Source: an uncultured Planctomycetaceae bacterium
GTDB lineage: Bacteria; Planctomycetota; Planctomycetia; Isosphaerales; Isosphaeraceae
Length of the DNA stretch: 64,000 nt
Assembly: GCA_963833985.1 (NCBI GenBank)
Contig: CAWIAD010000001.1
Location: 3,424,001-3,488,000, forward strand
Reading direction: 5' to 3'
Numbering within the stretch: the first letter of the stretch is position 1; each line of letters opens with the position of its first letter. Shown one piece after another: positions 20,549 to 30,540 of the stretch. The position numbers and the translations under genes are program-made. The notes under the pieces are model-generated. The model saw nothing but the letters and a program-made list of their open reading frames with translations, had not been told where the DNA came from and ran no database searches.

Positions 20549-21541
20549 ATGATGCCGTTCTACTTCAACAGCGCGGATGCGAAAGATGCGCGGCGCGCAT
20601 GGTGCGACTTCATCGACGATAAATTCGGACTGAGCTCTGTGAGCTTCGGCAACGAGGCAACTTTCGCCGGGGAGATAAAGTGCTCGTCGCTTGGGTACCT
20701 GACACTCACGGAAATCCGCGCCACCCGCGAATATGGTGAGCGGACTAAGAAGCAGGTTTCCAAGGCTCAGAACGAAAGATTCGTGCTGGTTCTGTTGCGG
20801 GCCGGAAGCCTCAAAGTAACGCAAGCCGGTCGCGCGTGTGTTCTCGGACCGAACATGTTCACCCTGTTCGATTGTAACGCTCCATACACTTTCCAGCATG
20901 TCGAGCCGACCAACGTACTGGATGTGAGCATGCCGGCTGGTGTCGTGCGCTCGCGGCTTAAGCGGGCCGACGATCTCGTGGCAACGCCGCTTAGCGCGGA
21001 CGCTGGCCTTGGCCGGGTGATGGCTGACGTCGTTCAGTCGCTGGCGCGGGAGGCGCCACACATTGCGGAAAGCGCAGCCGACGGCTGCGCCGGCAGTGTT
21101 GCAGACATGTTTGGCGTCCTGTTTGATAGCGCCTGCGACGCGTGTCTGCCGATCGGCAACTCCGCCGTACGGTCGGCGATCTACCGCCGTTGTGTTGCAT
21201 TCATCGAGGACAACCTCGATGACCCGCAGCTTGGTCCTGCGAGAATTTCCGCGGCCGTCGGGATTTCGGTACGCTACCTGCACAAGATATTTCACGCAGC
21301 GGGCGAATCCGTTGGGGACTACGTGCGCAGGCGGCGGCTGGCGCGGTCATGCGAGGATTTGATCGATGTCCGAAAGCAGCATTTGAGAATCAAAGAGATC
21401 GCCTTCCGCTACGGCTTTCGAAATCCGGCGCACTTTAGCGACGCGTTCAAGATCCAGCACGGCGTATCGCCGCGCGACATGCGTCCAGCGAGCGGCCCGA
21501 ATGGTCGAGCGTCGCCGGGTCGCCGAATGCTGCCGCCGTAG
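20549..21541 (+). CDS. AraC family transcriptional regulator
   Basis: FIEDNLDDPQL...ISAAVGISVRYLHKIF...IKEIAFRYGFRNPAHFSDAFKIQHGVSP; divergent from the LLM gene. Confidence 0.9.
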   Translation: MMPFYFNSADAKDARRAWCDFIDDKFGLSSVSFGNEATFAGEIKCSSLGYLTLTEIRATREYGERTKKQVSKAQNERFVLVLLRAGSLKVTQAGRACVLGPNMFTLFDCNAPYTFQHVEPTNVLDVSMPAGVVRSRLKRADDLVATPLSADAGLGRVMADVVQSLAREAPHIAESAADGCAGSVADMFGVLFDSACDACLPIGNSAVRSAIYRRCVAFIEDNLDDPQLGPARISAAVGISVRYLHKIFHAAGESVGDYVRRRRLARSCEDLIDVRKQHLRIKEIAFRYGFRNPAHFSDAFKIQHGVSPRDMRPASGPNGRASPGRRMLPP

Positions 21542-21680
21542 CACGCCCCGCTTCCGAACGGTCGCGACTGGCTCCGCTAGTGAACGAAGCCGGAGGTCGG
21601 GAATATTGGCTTTTTGTGCACTGCACGCGTAAGCTTGGTTACCGCCGGGACCGTCCAGACGAGCTCATCGGAGCCCTGTT

Positions 21681-23362
21681 ATGTCGCTTGCCGCCTCCAC
21701 CATGTCCGCCGAGAAGGAACTGATCGGGACGTTGAGCCAGGCGGTTGACGCCGTCGATGCCTTGTTCGCCGACGCACGCCGAGTGGTCGCGGAGCGTGTG
21801 GTGCGCGACGGCCGCGCGGTTGCGCGCGCGCTCGATCGCGAGCAGCGCGCCACCCACGGCCTGGCCTGGTTTGCAACCTACGTGGAGGCGCTACGTCAGC
21901 TTACGGCCTACGTGCAGCGGCTTTCGGCGATCGGGAATTTCGGCGAAGTCGAAGAGCTTCTGGTCCGCATCGGCGCCGGAGAATATCTGGCCCAGATCGT
22001 CGGCGGCATTCCGATGAGCCAGGGCGAGATCGTGCGTCTCGCCGATTTGGGGCTTGGCCCGGCGGCGGTGGCGGCACGGATCAATCCCGCCGTCGAGCAT
22101 TTGATTGCCTACGGCAACACCGCGCAGCGCCGGGCGCGGCTCGCCGAGCTGATGCGGGAACGGCAGGAGCCGACCATCGGCGCTACCGGGCTTGAGGAAA
22201 CGCTCGAACTCGATCCGCGAGGAAATGCGCAAGTTCGCCGACGGCCAGGTCGTGCCATATGCCCAGGAATGGCATCTGCGTAACGAGTACATCCCGCTCG
22301 ATATCATCACGCAGATGTCCGAGCTTGGCGTGTTCAGCCTCACCATCCCCGAGGATTATGGCGGCATGGGCCTCGGCAAGGAATCGATGTGCGTGGTGTC
22401 CGAGGAACTCTCCCGCGGCTATATCGGGGTCGGCAGCCTCGGCACCCGCTCCGAAATCGCCGCCGAACTCATCCTTGGCAGCGGCACCGAAGAGCAAAAA
22501 CGCAAATGGCTGCCGAAAATAGCGTCCGGCGAGGTGCTGCCGACGGCGGTGTTCACCGAGCCGAATACCGGCTCCGATCTCGCTTCGCTCAAGACCCGGG
22601 CGGTGCGCGAGGGTAACGCCTACAAGGTCTACGGCAACAAGACCTGGATCACCCATCCGGTGCGCGCCGATGTGATGACGCTGTTGGTGCGCACCAATCC
22701 GGCCGAGAAAGGCTATCGCGGCCTCTCCATGCTGCTGGCGGAAAAGCCGCGCGGCAGCGACGAGCGAGCCGTTCCCGGCCGCCGGCATGTCGGGCACCGA
22801 GATCGAGGTGCTCGGCTATCGCGGCATGAAGGAATACGAGATCGCCTTCGACGGCTTCTTCGGTGAAGGCCGAAAATCTCCTCGGCGGCGTCGAGGGGCT
22901 CGGCTTCAAGCAGCTCATGGCGACGTTCGAAGTCAGCCCGCATCCAGACCGCCGCGCGCGCCGTCGGCGTCGCACAGTCGGCGATGGAGCAGGCGATGAG
23001 CTACGCGCACGACCCGGGTGCAGTTCGGCGAGCCGATCGCCAATTTCCCGCGCGTCGCCGACAAGCTCGCGATGATGGCGGTCGAAATCATGATCGCGCG
23101 CCAGCTCACCTATTACGCCGCCCGGCAGAAGGATTCCGGCCGCCGCTGCGATCTCGAAGCCGGCATGGCAAAGCTTCTGGCGGCGCGCGTCGCCTGGGCC
23201 GCCGCCGACAATGCCGTGCAGATCCACGGCGGCAACGGCTTTGCGCTCGAATTCCCGATGTCGCGGATTCTTTGCGATGCGCGCATCCTCAACATTTTCG
23301 AGGGCGCTGCCGAAATCCAGGCGCACGTGATCGCGCGGCGATTGCTGGACGGATCGAACTGA
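21681..23362 (+). CDS. mcd: (2S)-methylsuccinyl-CoA dehydrogenase (acyl-CoA dehydrogenase), about 5 frameshifts
   Basis: N-terminal extension ([27 protein letters not shown]), [53 protein letters not shown]; ethylmalonyl-CoA context. Confidence 0.85.
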
Positions 23363-23462
23363 GCAGGCAGGTCGGCGTCATTCCGAGCTGCGCGCTTTGA
23401 GCGCGCCTCAGGGTGACGGAACGTATGGTTGAACCCGATCGCGATGCGCTCTAAGTAGCCTC

Positions 23463-23658
23463 ATGGCTAATTTCCTGTCCCACGGACTTGTTCCGATCGC
23501 CATCGGCGCCGTCGCGGTGGTTTTGCTGCTCGGCCTCGTCAACATGATGCGAGGGGGTTCGGGCAACACCTCGCAGAAGCTGATGCGGTTGCGGGTTCTG
23601 CTTCAATTCGTCGCCATCGTGTATCATCATGATCACGATCTGGGCGATGGCCAAATGA
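23463..23658 (+). CDS. Twin-transmembrane-helix small protein (HIG1-like), frameshift near 23622
   Basis: AVAVVLLLGLVNMMRGGSGNTSQKLMRLRVLLQFVAI; typical position before pduO. Confidence 0.8.
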
Positions 23659-23707
23659 CTCTGGGCAAATAGACTTTTGGCAAACTTGGATAGCGGCGAA
23701 GCCGACG

Positions 23708-24286
23708 ATGGTCGTCCTCAACAAGATCTACACCCGCACCGGCGACGACGGCACGACGGCTTTGGGCACCGGCGAGCGGCGCAAGAAATACGATCTGCGG
23801 ATCGCGGCCTACGGCACGCTTGACGAGACCAACGCCACGATCGGGATCGCGCGGCTGCATACCGCCGGCGAGGCCGCGCTTGATCCCGCGCTGGTCCGCA
23901 TCCAGAACGATCTGTTCGATGTCGGGGCCGACCTGTGCACGCCCGGCAAGGGCAAAGGGCCGGGCGGCGCGCGGCTCACCGTCACCGCCGCGCAGGTGAC
24001 GTGGCTGGAAAGCGAAATCGACCGGCTTAACGGCGAGCTTGAGCCGCTGCGATCTTTCGTCCTGCCGGGTGGCTTCGCGGCGGCGGCCTATCTGCATCTT
24101 GCCCGCACCATATGCCGGCGCGCCGAGCGGTTGATCGCCGAGCTTATGGACAAAGCGGACGAGAGCGTCACGCCCGAAGTGCTTCAATACGTCAATCGGC
24201 TGTCCGATTATTTGTTCGTCGCCGCCCGTTATGCCAACGACAAGGGCACGCGCGACGTGCTTTGGCAGCCAGGGCAGCACCGCTAG
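23708..24286 (+). CDS. pduO: PduO-type cob(I)alamin adenosyltransferase
   Basis: KIYTRTGDDGTT, YGTLDETN, IQNDLFDVGADL, ARTICRRAER, YVNRLSDYLFVAAR. Confidence 0.93.
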   Translation: MVVLNKIYTRTGDDGTTALGTGERRKKYDLRIAAYGTLDETNATIGIARLHTAGEAALDPALVRIQNDLFDVGADLCTPGKGKGPGGARLTVTAAQVTWLESEIDRLNGELEPLRSFVLPGGFAAAAYLHLARTICRRAERLIAELMDKADESVTPEVLQYVNRLSDYLFVAARYANDKGTRDVLWQPGQHR

Positions 24287-24600
24287 GGCGCGACCGCGAT
24301 TTCGGGAGAGCTGCTGGGCCGCTCCACCATGCCGGTATCCGCCAAAGAAAACCGGCCATGGCGTATTCCAGGCAAGCCAGCCTGCACCGGCTGGTCCGCC
24401 TGCGCGGTTGAGGGCTGGCTTTCCAGTTCGCTTTAACATCCGCGGCCGGTCTGCCGACGGGCGGCTCCTTTGAGCGGTTCGGCGCCCGCCCGTGGCGTTG
24501 ACCGCAAGCGCGCCCGCCGGTACGTTCCCGCACCGCAGCATCGCCGCCCTCCAAGCGCGGCGGAACCTGCGCGCAAAGACCGGGACAGTCGAAGCAGGCC

Positions 24601-25350
24601 ATGAAGATTCTCGTGCCCGTCAAACGGGCGGTCGATAAGGATGTGAAAATCCGGGTCAAGTCTGACGGCTCCGGCGTCGAGCTTTCCAACGTCAAAATGT
24701 CGATGAATCCCTTCGACGAGATCGCCGTCGAAGAGGCGCTCCGGCTTAAGGAAGCGGGCAAGGCGACGGAGATCGTCGCCGTCTCGATCGGACCCGCGCA
24801 GGCGGCCGAAACGATCCGTACCGCCCTGGCCATGGGCGCCGACCGCGGCATTCTGGTGAAGACCGAAGGCAATGCGGAGCCGCTCGCGGTAGCAAAGATC
24901 CTCAAGGCCGTCGTCGCTGCGGAACAGCCCGGTCTCGTCATCATGGGCAAACAGGCGATCGACGACGACTCCAATCAGACCGGCCAGATGCTGGCGGCGC
25001 TGCTTGGCTGGCCGCAGGGCACGTTCGCCTCCAAGGTGACGATCGACGGCGAAGCGCTCATGGTCACCCGCGAAGTCGACGGCGGCCTGCAGACGGTGAA
25101 GCTCAAGATGCCGGCGATCGTCACCACCGATCTGCGATTGAACGAGCCGCGCTACGCGTCGTTGCCCAACATCATGAAGGCGAAGAAAAAGCCGATCGAC
25201 GAAAAGACCGCCGCCGATTACGGCGTCGACACCAAGCCGCATCTTGAAATCGTCAAGACCACCGAACCGCCGGTGCGCAAGGCCGGCGTCAAGGTCAAGA
25301 CCGTCGCCGAGCTCGTCGACAAGCTCAAGAACGAAGCGGGGGCGATCTGA
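24601..25350 (+). CDS. etfB: Electron transfer flavoprotein beta subunit
   Basis: [47 protein letters not shown]. Confidence 0.95.
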   Translation: MKILVPVKRAVDKDVKIRVKSDGSGVELSNVKMSMNPFDEIAVEEALRLKEAGKATEIVAVSIGPAQAAETIRTALAMGADRGILVKTEGNAEPLAVAKILKAVVAAEQPGLVIMGKQAIDDDSNQTGQMLAALLGWPQGTFASKVTIDGEALMVTREVDGGLQTVKLKMPAIVTTDLRLNEPRYASLPNIMKAKKKPIDEKTAADYGVDTKPHLEIVKTTEPPVRKAGVKVKTVAELVDKLKNEAGAI

Positions 25351-26295
25351 TGCCGACCCTTCTCGTCGCCGAGCACGACAACAAATCGCTGAAGGACTTC
25401 GACCAGCAAGGCGCTGACCGCGGCCAAGGCGATCGGCGCCGATGTCCACATCCTCGTCGCCGGCCACAACTGCAAGGCCGCCGCCGACGCCGCGGCCAAA
25501 CTCGACGGCGTCAAGAAGGTGCTGCTGGCCGACGCGCCCGCCTACGAGCACATGCTGGCCGAGCCCACCGCCGCGCTGATCGTCTCGCTGGCGGGCCCCT
25601 ACGAGACGATCATGGCGCCGGCGACGACAAGCGGAAAGAACATCATGCCGCGCGTCGCAGCTTTGCTCGACGTGATGCAGATTTCCGAGATCAGCAAGGT
25701 CGTGGCGCCGGATACCTTCGAACGGCCGGTCTATGCCGGAAACGCCATCCAGACGGTGCGCTCGCTCGACCCGAAAAAGGTCATCACGGTGCGCACCGCG
25801 GCGTTCCAGGCAACGGGCGAGGGCGGTTCCGCACCGGTCGAACCGGCCGCCGCGGCGGCCGACCCCGGCATTTCCGGTTTCGTCGGCGAAGAATTATCGA
25901 AGTCGGAGCGTCCGGAACTGACCTCGGCAAAGATCATTATTTCCGGAGGCCGGGCGATGCAAAGCCGGGACAACTTCACCAAATATATAGAGCCGGTCGC
26001 CGACAAGCTCGGCGCGGCGATAGGCGCATCGCGTGCCGCGGTAGACGCCGGCTATGCGCCAAACGACTGGCAAGTCGGCCAGACCGGCAAGGTTGTGGCG
26101 CCGGATCTCTATATCGCCGTCGGTATTTCAGGTGCTATTCAGCACCTCGCCGGCATGAAGGACTCGAAAGTGATCGTTGCTATCAACAAGGATGAGGAAG
26201 CCCCGATCTTTCAGGTCGCCGACTATGGGTTGGTGGCGGACCTCTATCAGGCCCTGCCGGAGCTGGCCCAGGAGCTCGGAAAGCACGGTCGTTGA
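25350..26295 (+). CDS. etfA: Electron transfer flavoprotein alpha subunit (frameshift near 25400)
   Basis: [11 protein letters not shown]...RPVYAGNA, ASRAAVDAG, QVGQTGK, GISGAIQHLAGM. Confidence 0.93.
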
Positions 26296-26332
26296 TCAGG
26301 GGCCGCAGCGCCCTCGAAGAAGGTAAGCGAAG

Positions 26333-27265
26333 ATGGTCGAAGTGAAGGACCGGCCGAAGACGCGCGGCGATCATGGCGGCGGCAAGGGTCACGCCATCCG
26401 CAGTGTCGGCGTGATCGGCGCCGGACAGATGGGCAACGGCATCGCGCATGTCTGCGCGCTCTCGGGTCTTCAAGTCCTGCTTAACGACGTCGTCGCCGAG
26501 CGCATTTCCGAGGGCATCGCCGTCATCAGCGGCAATCTGGCGCGCCAGGTCAGCCGCCAGCGTATCACTGAAGAAGAGCGCGAGGCGGCCATCAAGCGCA
26601 TCACTCCGGCGAAAGCGCTCGCCGACCTCGCCAACTGCGACATGGTGATCGAGGCGGCGACCGAAAAGGAAGAGGTCAAGCGCAAGATCTTTACCGCGCT
26701 GTGTCCGTCGCTCAAGCCCGAGACCATCGTCGGCACCAACACCTCTTCGATCTCGATCACGCGGCTCGCCGCCGCCACCGACCGCCCGGAGCGTTTCATC
26801 GGCATTCATTTCATGAATCCGGTGCCGCTGATGGAGCTGGTCGAAATCATCCGCGGTATCGCCACCGACGACGAGACCTTCGAGACGACCAAGCAGTTCA
26901 TCAGCAATCTCGGCAAGCAAATCGCGGTGTCGGAGGATTTCCCTGCCTTCATCGTCAACCGCATCCTGCTGCCGATGATCAACGAAGCGATCTACACGCT
27001 CTACGAAGGCGTCGGCAATGTCGAGGCGATCGACACGGCGATGCGCCTTGGCGCGCATCATCCGATGGGGCCGCTGGAACTTGCCGATTTCATCGGGCTC
27101 GATACCTGCCTGTCGGTGATGCAGGTGCTGCACGAGGGGTTAGCGGATTCGAAATACCGGCCGTGCCCGCTGCTGGTGAAATACGTCGAAGCCGGCTGGC
27201 TCGGCCGCAAGACCCAGCGCGGTTTTTACGATTATCGGGGCGAGAAGCCCGTTCCGACGCGATAA
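26333..27265 (+). CDS. hbd: 3-hydroxybutyryl-CoA dehydrogenase
   Basis: GVIGAGQMGNGIA, TNTSSISIT, GIHFMNP, HPMGPLELADFIGLD. Confidence 0.93.
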   Translation: MVEVKDRPKTRGDHGGGKGHAIRSVGVIGAGQMGNGIAHVCALSGLQVLLNDVVAERISEGIAVISGNLARQVSRQRITEEEREAAIKRITPAKALADLANCDMVIEAATEKEEVKRKIFTALCPSLKPETIVGTNTSSISITRLAAATDRPERFIGIHFMNPVPLMELVEIIRGIATDDETFETTKQFISNLGKQIAVSEDFPAFIVNRILLPMINEAIYTLYEGVGNVEAIDTAMRLGAHHPMGPLELADFIGLDTCLSVMQVLHEGLADSKYRPCPLLVKYVEAGWLGRKTQRGFYDYRGEKPVPTR

Positions 27266-27395
27266 ATTGCTCGCGTTTGGACCGGGCCATAGCGCGGCCC
27301 GTCCACGACTTCCACAACAATGGATGCCCGGCACGTAGCGAACGAAGCGTCGCTGCGCTGCTATCCGCCACGGCCGGGCATAACGACGTCGCGGT

Positions 27396-27788
27396 TTATT
27401 GGATCAGTCCCCAGAACAGACCGACGATGCAGACGAAGCCGAGCACGAAGATCAGCGTGCGAATGTAGGGAATGCCGGCCAGGAACACGACCGCGTGCGC
27501 CACGCGCAGCCAGAAGTAGCTCATGGCCCAGAAGGCCGTCATGGGCGTGGTCTTGCCGGTCAGCTGAATCAGGATCACCAAAGCCGCGAAAGGCGCGAAT
27601 GTCTCGACGGCGTTGAGATAGGTCCGGTGAGCGCGCTTGCCCCAGTTCGGCACCGGCCGCGGCGTCGGATCGGTATAATTCTCCGGCGTCAAAAATCCGT
27701 TGGTCATGACTTGCGACACGATGTACGGGATCCACAGCGCCGCCGTGAGCATGGCCGTAAGAGCCAGATATTTTAGTTCGGGCGACAT
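27396..27788 (-). CDS. MAPEG family membrane protein
   Basis: RAHRTYLNAVETFAPF, YFWLRVAH; four TM helices. Confidence 0.85.
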   Translation of the reverse strand: MSPELKYLALTAMLTAALWIPYIVSQVMTNGFLTPENYTDPTPRPVPNWGKRAHRTYLNAVETFAPFAALVILIQLTGKTTPMTAFWAMSYFWLRVAHAVVFLAGIPYIRTLIFVLGFVCIVGLFWGLIQ

Positions 27789-27902
27789 TGAGTTTTTTCC
27801 TTCCCTTGACTTGTTTAAAGTTTCCTCAGCGCATCAATTGTAATGGAAGACGCAACTTCCGCGATCACCTTTTCGAGCCGACGAAATCCGCCACGGCGTC
27901 GC

Positions 27903-28690
27903 TCAATCGCAGCACGACGCCGAAGGCTTTGTTTGCTGTGAAGATTTTGGCTCCTGATAAGCGGCCTTTGGGTCGACGGTTGCGCCCTCATACTTGTCGT
28001 GGTGGCGCACCCACGCCATGCCGTATTTCAGTCCGTCTTCGTCGCGGCCCTTCGGCGCAAGGTCGAGGAAATTGTACGCGCCAATGAGGATGTCGAGACC
28101 GCGTCCGTAGCTCGAATAGGTGTGGAACACCTCACCGGCGGAGTCTTTGAAGAACACGCTGGCGCCCGGCCGCTCGTCGCTGGGGAAATGAGTTTCTGCA
28201 TAGTTATAGATCGTGACTGCCGGTCGCCTTTCTCTTCCGGCGACGCCGATACCTGATAGTCGAAATTGAAATCGTTGCCGAATGACGACACCCACTTGAA
28301 GTGCCAGCCCATGCGGCGTTTGAACTTCTCGATCCGTTGCAGCGGGGCGCGCGAAACCACCACGAAGGCGACGTCGCGTTGGGCGAGATGGACGACCGCG
28401 CCGTCGAAATGATCGGCCAGCAGCGAACAACTCGGGCAGCCCTCTTCCCAGTCGGGACCGAGCATGAAGTGGTAGACGATCAGCTGGCTTTTGCCGCCGA
28501 ACAGGTCGGCCAGGGTCTGCTTGCCGTCGGGACCGTCGAACACATAATTTTTCTCGACCTTCTCCCACGGCAGTTCGCGCCGTTTGCGGCTCAGGGCGTC
28601 GCGGGCGCGGGTGAACGCCTTTTCGTCGGCAAGGTGCGCCTTGCGCGCCGCGAGCCATTCGTCATGGGAAACGACCTTATGCGGTTCCAT
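27903..28690 (-). CDS. DUF899 thioredoxin-like protein (frameshift near 28225)
   Basis: RRELPW, LADLFGGKSQLIVYHFM, GCPSCS, VSRAP, FHTYSSYGRG, LDLAPKGRDE. Confidence 0.88.
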
Positions 28691-28750
28691 GTGATGCTCC
28701 TCCGCTTCCATGTCCAGCTTCCATGCCGCCCGCGGTGGAACGCGGCTTGA

Positions 28751-29131
28751 TCACTCCGCCGGCGTCATCCAGCCGACGCCGGCGCCGCCGGGCTCTTCGA
28801 GGATGACGATCCGGCCGACGCCAGGCACGTCGAACGCCGGCTTCATGACCTTGGCGCCTGCCTTCGTCGCTTTTTTCACGCGGGCATCGACGTCGTCGAC
28901 GGCGATGTAGGGCATCCAGCTTTCGGGGACGCCCTCGTATCCCGGGCCGCTGATCTCGAAGATGCCGGCGACCGGCGTGTTGCCGGCATTGGCGAGCCAA
29001 TAGGTGCCGCCGTCCGGCATCGGCATCGATTCAAAGGTCCAGCCCATCGCTTCGCCGTAGAATTTTTTGGCGCGCGCGACGTCGCGCGTCATCAGTTCGT
29101 TCCAGTGAAATTGTCCGTGTGACCATGCCAT
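28751..29131 (-). CDS. VOC/glyoxalase family protein
   Basis: FHWNELMTRD...FYG, WMPYIAVDDVDA, DVPGVGRI. Confidence 0.9.
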   Translation of the reverse strand: MAWSHGQFHWNELMTRDVARAKKFYGEAMGWTFESMPMPDGGTYWLANAGNTPVAGIFEISGPGYEGVPESWMPYIAVDDVDARVKKATKAGAKVMKPAFDVPGVGRIVILEEPGGAGVGWMTPAE

Positions 29132-29199
29132 CGATATTGCTCCAGTGTTGGCGATTGCGAGATGCGTTGCGGATCAAGCTTCCTGCATTATCGTGTCGC

Positions 29200-29641
29200 T
29201 CATACGAACAGCTTTTCCAGCTTGTCGAATGCGCCGGCCCAGCCCTGCTGATGGCCGTCGCGCGTGGCCTCGTCGGCGAATTGCTCATGCGTCAAGGTGA
29301 GCAGCGTACCTTCCCCATCCGGTTTGAGCAGCACGGTGACCAGCGATTCGCGTTCCGGTGTCGATTGCCAAGCCCAGGTGAACACCAGTTTCTCGTTGGC
29401 GATGACCTCGCGATAAACCCCGCCGACATTGTGGGGTTCGCCGTTCGGCGAGCGCATCAGGATCAGGTAGCGGCCGCCCTCGCGCGGGTCGCTTTCGGCC
29501 CGCACGGTGACGATTTCGCCCGGTCCCATCCAGCGTTTTATCTTTTCCGGGTCGGTCCAGGCGGCGAAGACTTTGGCGCGGGGACGCCTTGAGGCGTCGC
29601 TTGAGCGTGAGACTTGGTTTGACGGCGGTTTCGACGGACAT
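29200..29641 (-). CDS. SRPBCC/AHSA1 domain protein (frameshift near 29580)
   Basis: LTLKRRLKASP / AKVFAAWTDPEKIKRW...KLVFTWAW...HQQGW. Confidence 0.85.
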
Positions 29642-29976
29642 GACTCTTCCTCCTCCAAAAAATCGGCGAGGCGTGACAGCGCCTCAGACCAAAACCGCTC
29701 ATAGCGATTAAGCCAGGCGATCGCGTTTTGCATCGGTGCCGCGTTGAGACGGCAGGTGACGGTGCGGCCCGATTTGGTCCGCGTCACCAGCCCAGCATCG
29801 GACAGCACGTCGAGATGTTTCATGATCGCCGGCAATGAGACGCTAAACGGCGCCGCTAGCGCACTGACCGAAATGTTCGGCTGCTCGGCAAGCCGCGCGA
29901 GCAACGACCGCCGCGTCGGATCGGCCAAGGCGGCAAAGGTGCGATCAAGCGGGGCGTCGCTGTTATACTTAACCAT
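29538..29976 (-). CDS. ArsR/SmtB family transcriptional regulator
   Basis: MVKYNSDAPLDRTFAALADPTRR...SLPAIMKHLDVLSDAGLV...GRTV; stop position reconstructed after correcting the single insertion near 29580. Confidence 0.85.
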
Positions 29977-29989
29977 ATAGTTAAGTATA
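29964..29989. promoter_or_regulatory. Perfect 10-6-10 inverted repeat, likely ArsR auto-operator
   Basis: TATACTTAAC-CATATA-GTTAAGTATA, overlapping the ArsR ATG. Confidence 0.75.
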
Positions 29990-30540
29990 GGGCGGCAACG
30001 ATCGCTGTCAAGCGATGCTGGCTTGGCGGCATTTCGCAAGCCGGATGTCTGGCCGCGTGATGACGCCGCGGCGTCCGATCGCGATGGCGTCCGATCGCGC
30101 GGTTCGATATCCTACTATTATGGAACCACGTGGCGTGTACCGAGAACGTAACGGCGAGGGCGATCAACCGAGCGCTCGCGTCAAATATGATGAGCACCAG
30201 GAGCTCGACGTGCCCGAAGACCGATATCGGGCAAGGGGCTACCAACCGCCTTTCGACAAGTTGCCCTGGAAAGATGAAATAGCCAATGACGCTTAGGGCT
30301 CTCAAAGCGCCGCCCAGCATGGGCCGCTTAAAGCGCGTCCTGCCACTCATTGCGTCGGAAATATTTTTAAAACCGAGACTTCGCCTGTTTGGGCTTTTGC
30401 CCACGAATGCGCGTTGCGATCGCTGATCTGCCGTTGACAGCCAGCGCTTCCGTTGTCACGTTTGCTGCGCATCAACGCATGCAAAGTGCGGCGGGAACAA
30501 CTGCCGCTATTGGCGCCTCGAGCGCACCGGGAGGATATCC

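Noticed and set aside
21681..23362. Programmed frameshifting or pseudogene in mcd and other split genes
   Set aside because: No consistent slippery sites, and indels are scattered window-wide including housekeeping genes; sequencing error is more likely.
29200..30039. ArsR-SRPBCC fusion protein (279-aa ORF)
   Set aside because: The SRPBCC gene has its own RBS and ATG at 29641; one inserted base near 29580 explains the apparent fusion.
29990..30404. Possible small membrane-protein gene between ArsR and the PQQ dehydrogenase
   Set aside because: Some hydrophobic stretches but no recognisable family or clean boundaries; not supportable.
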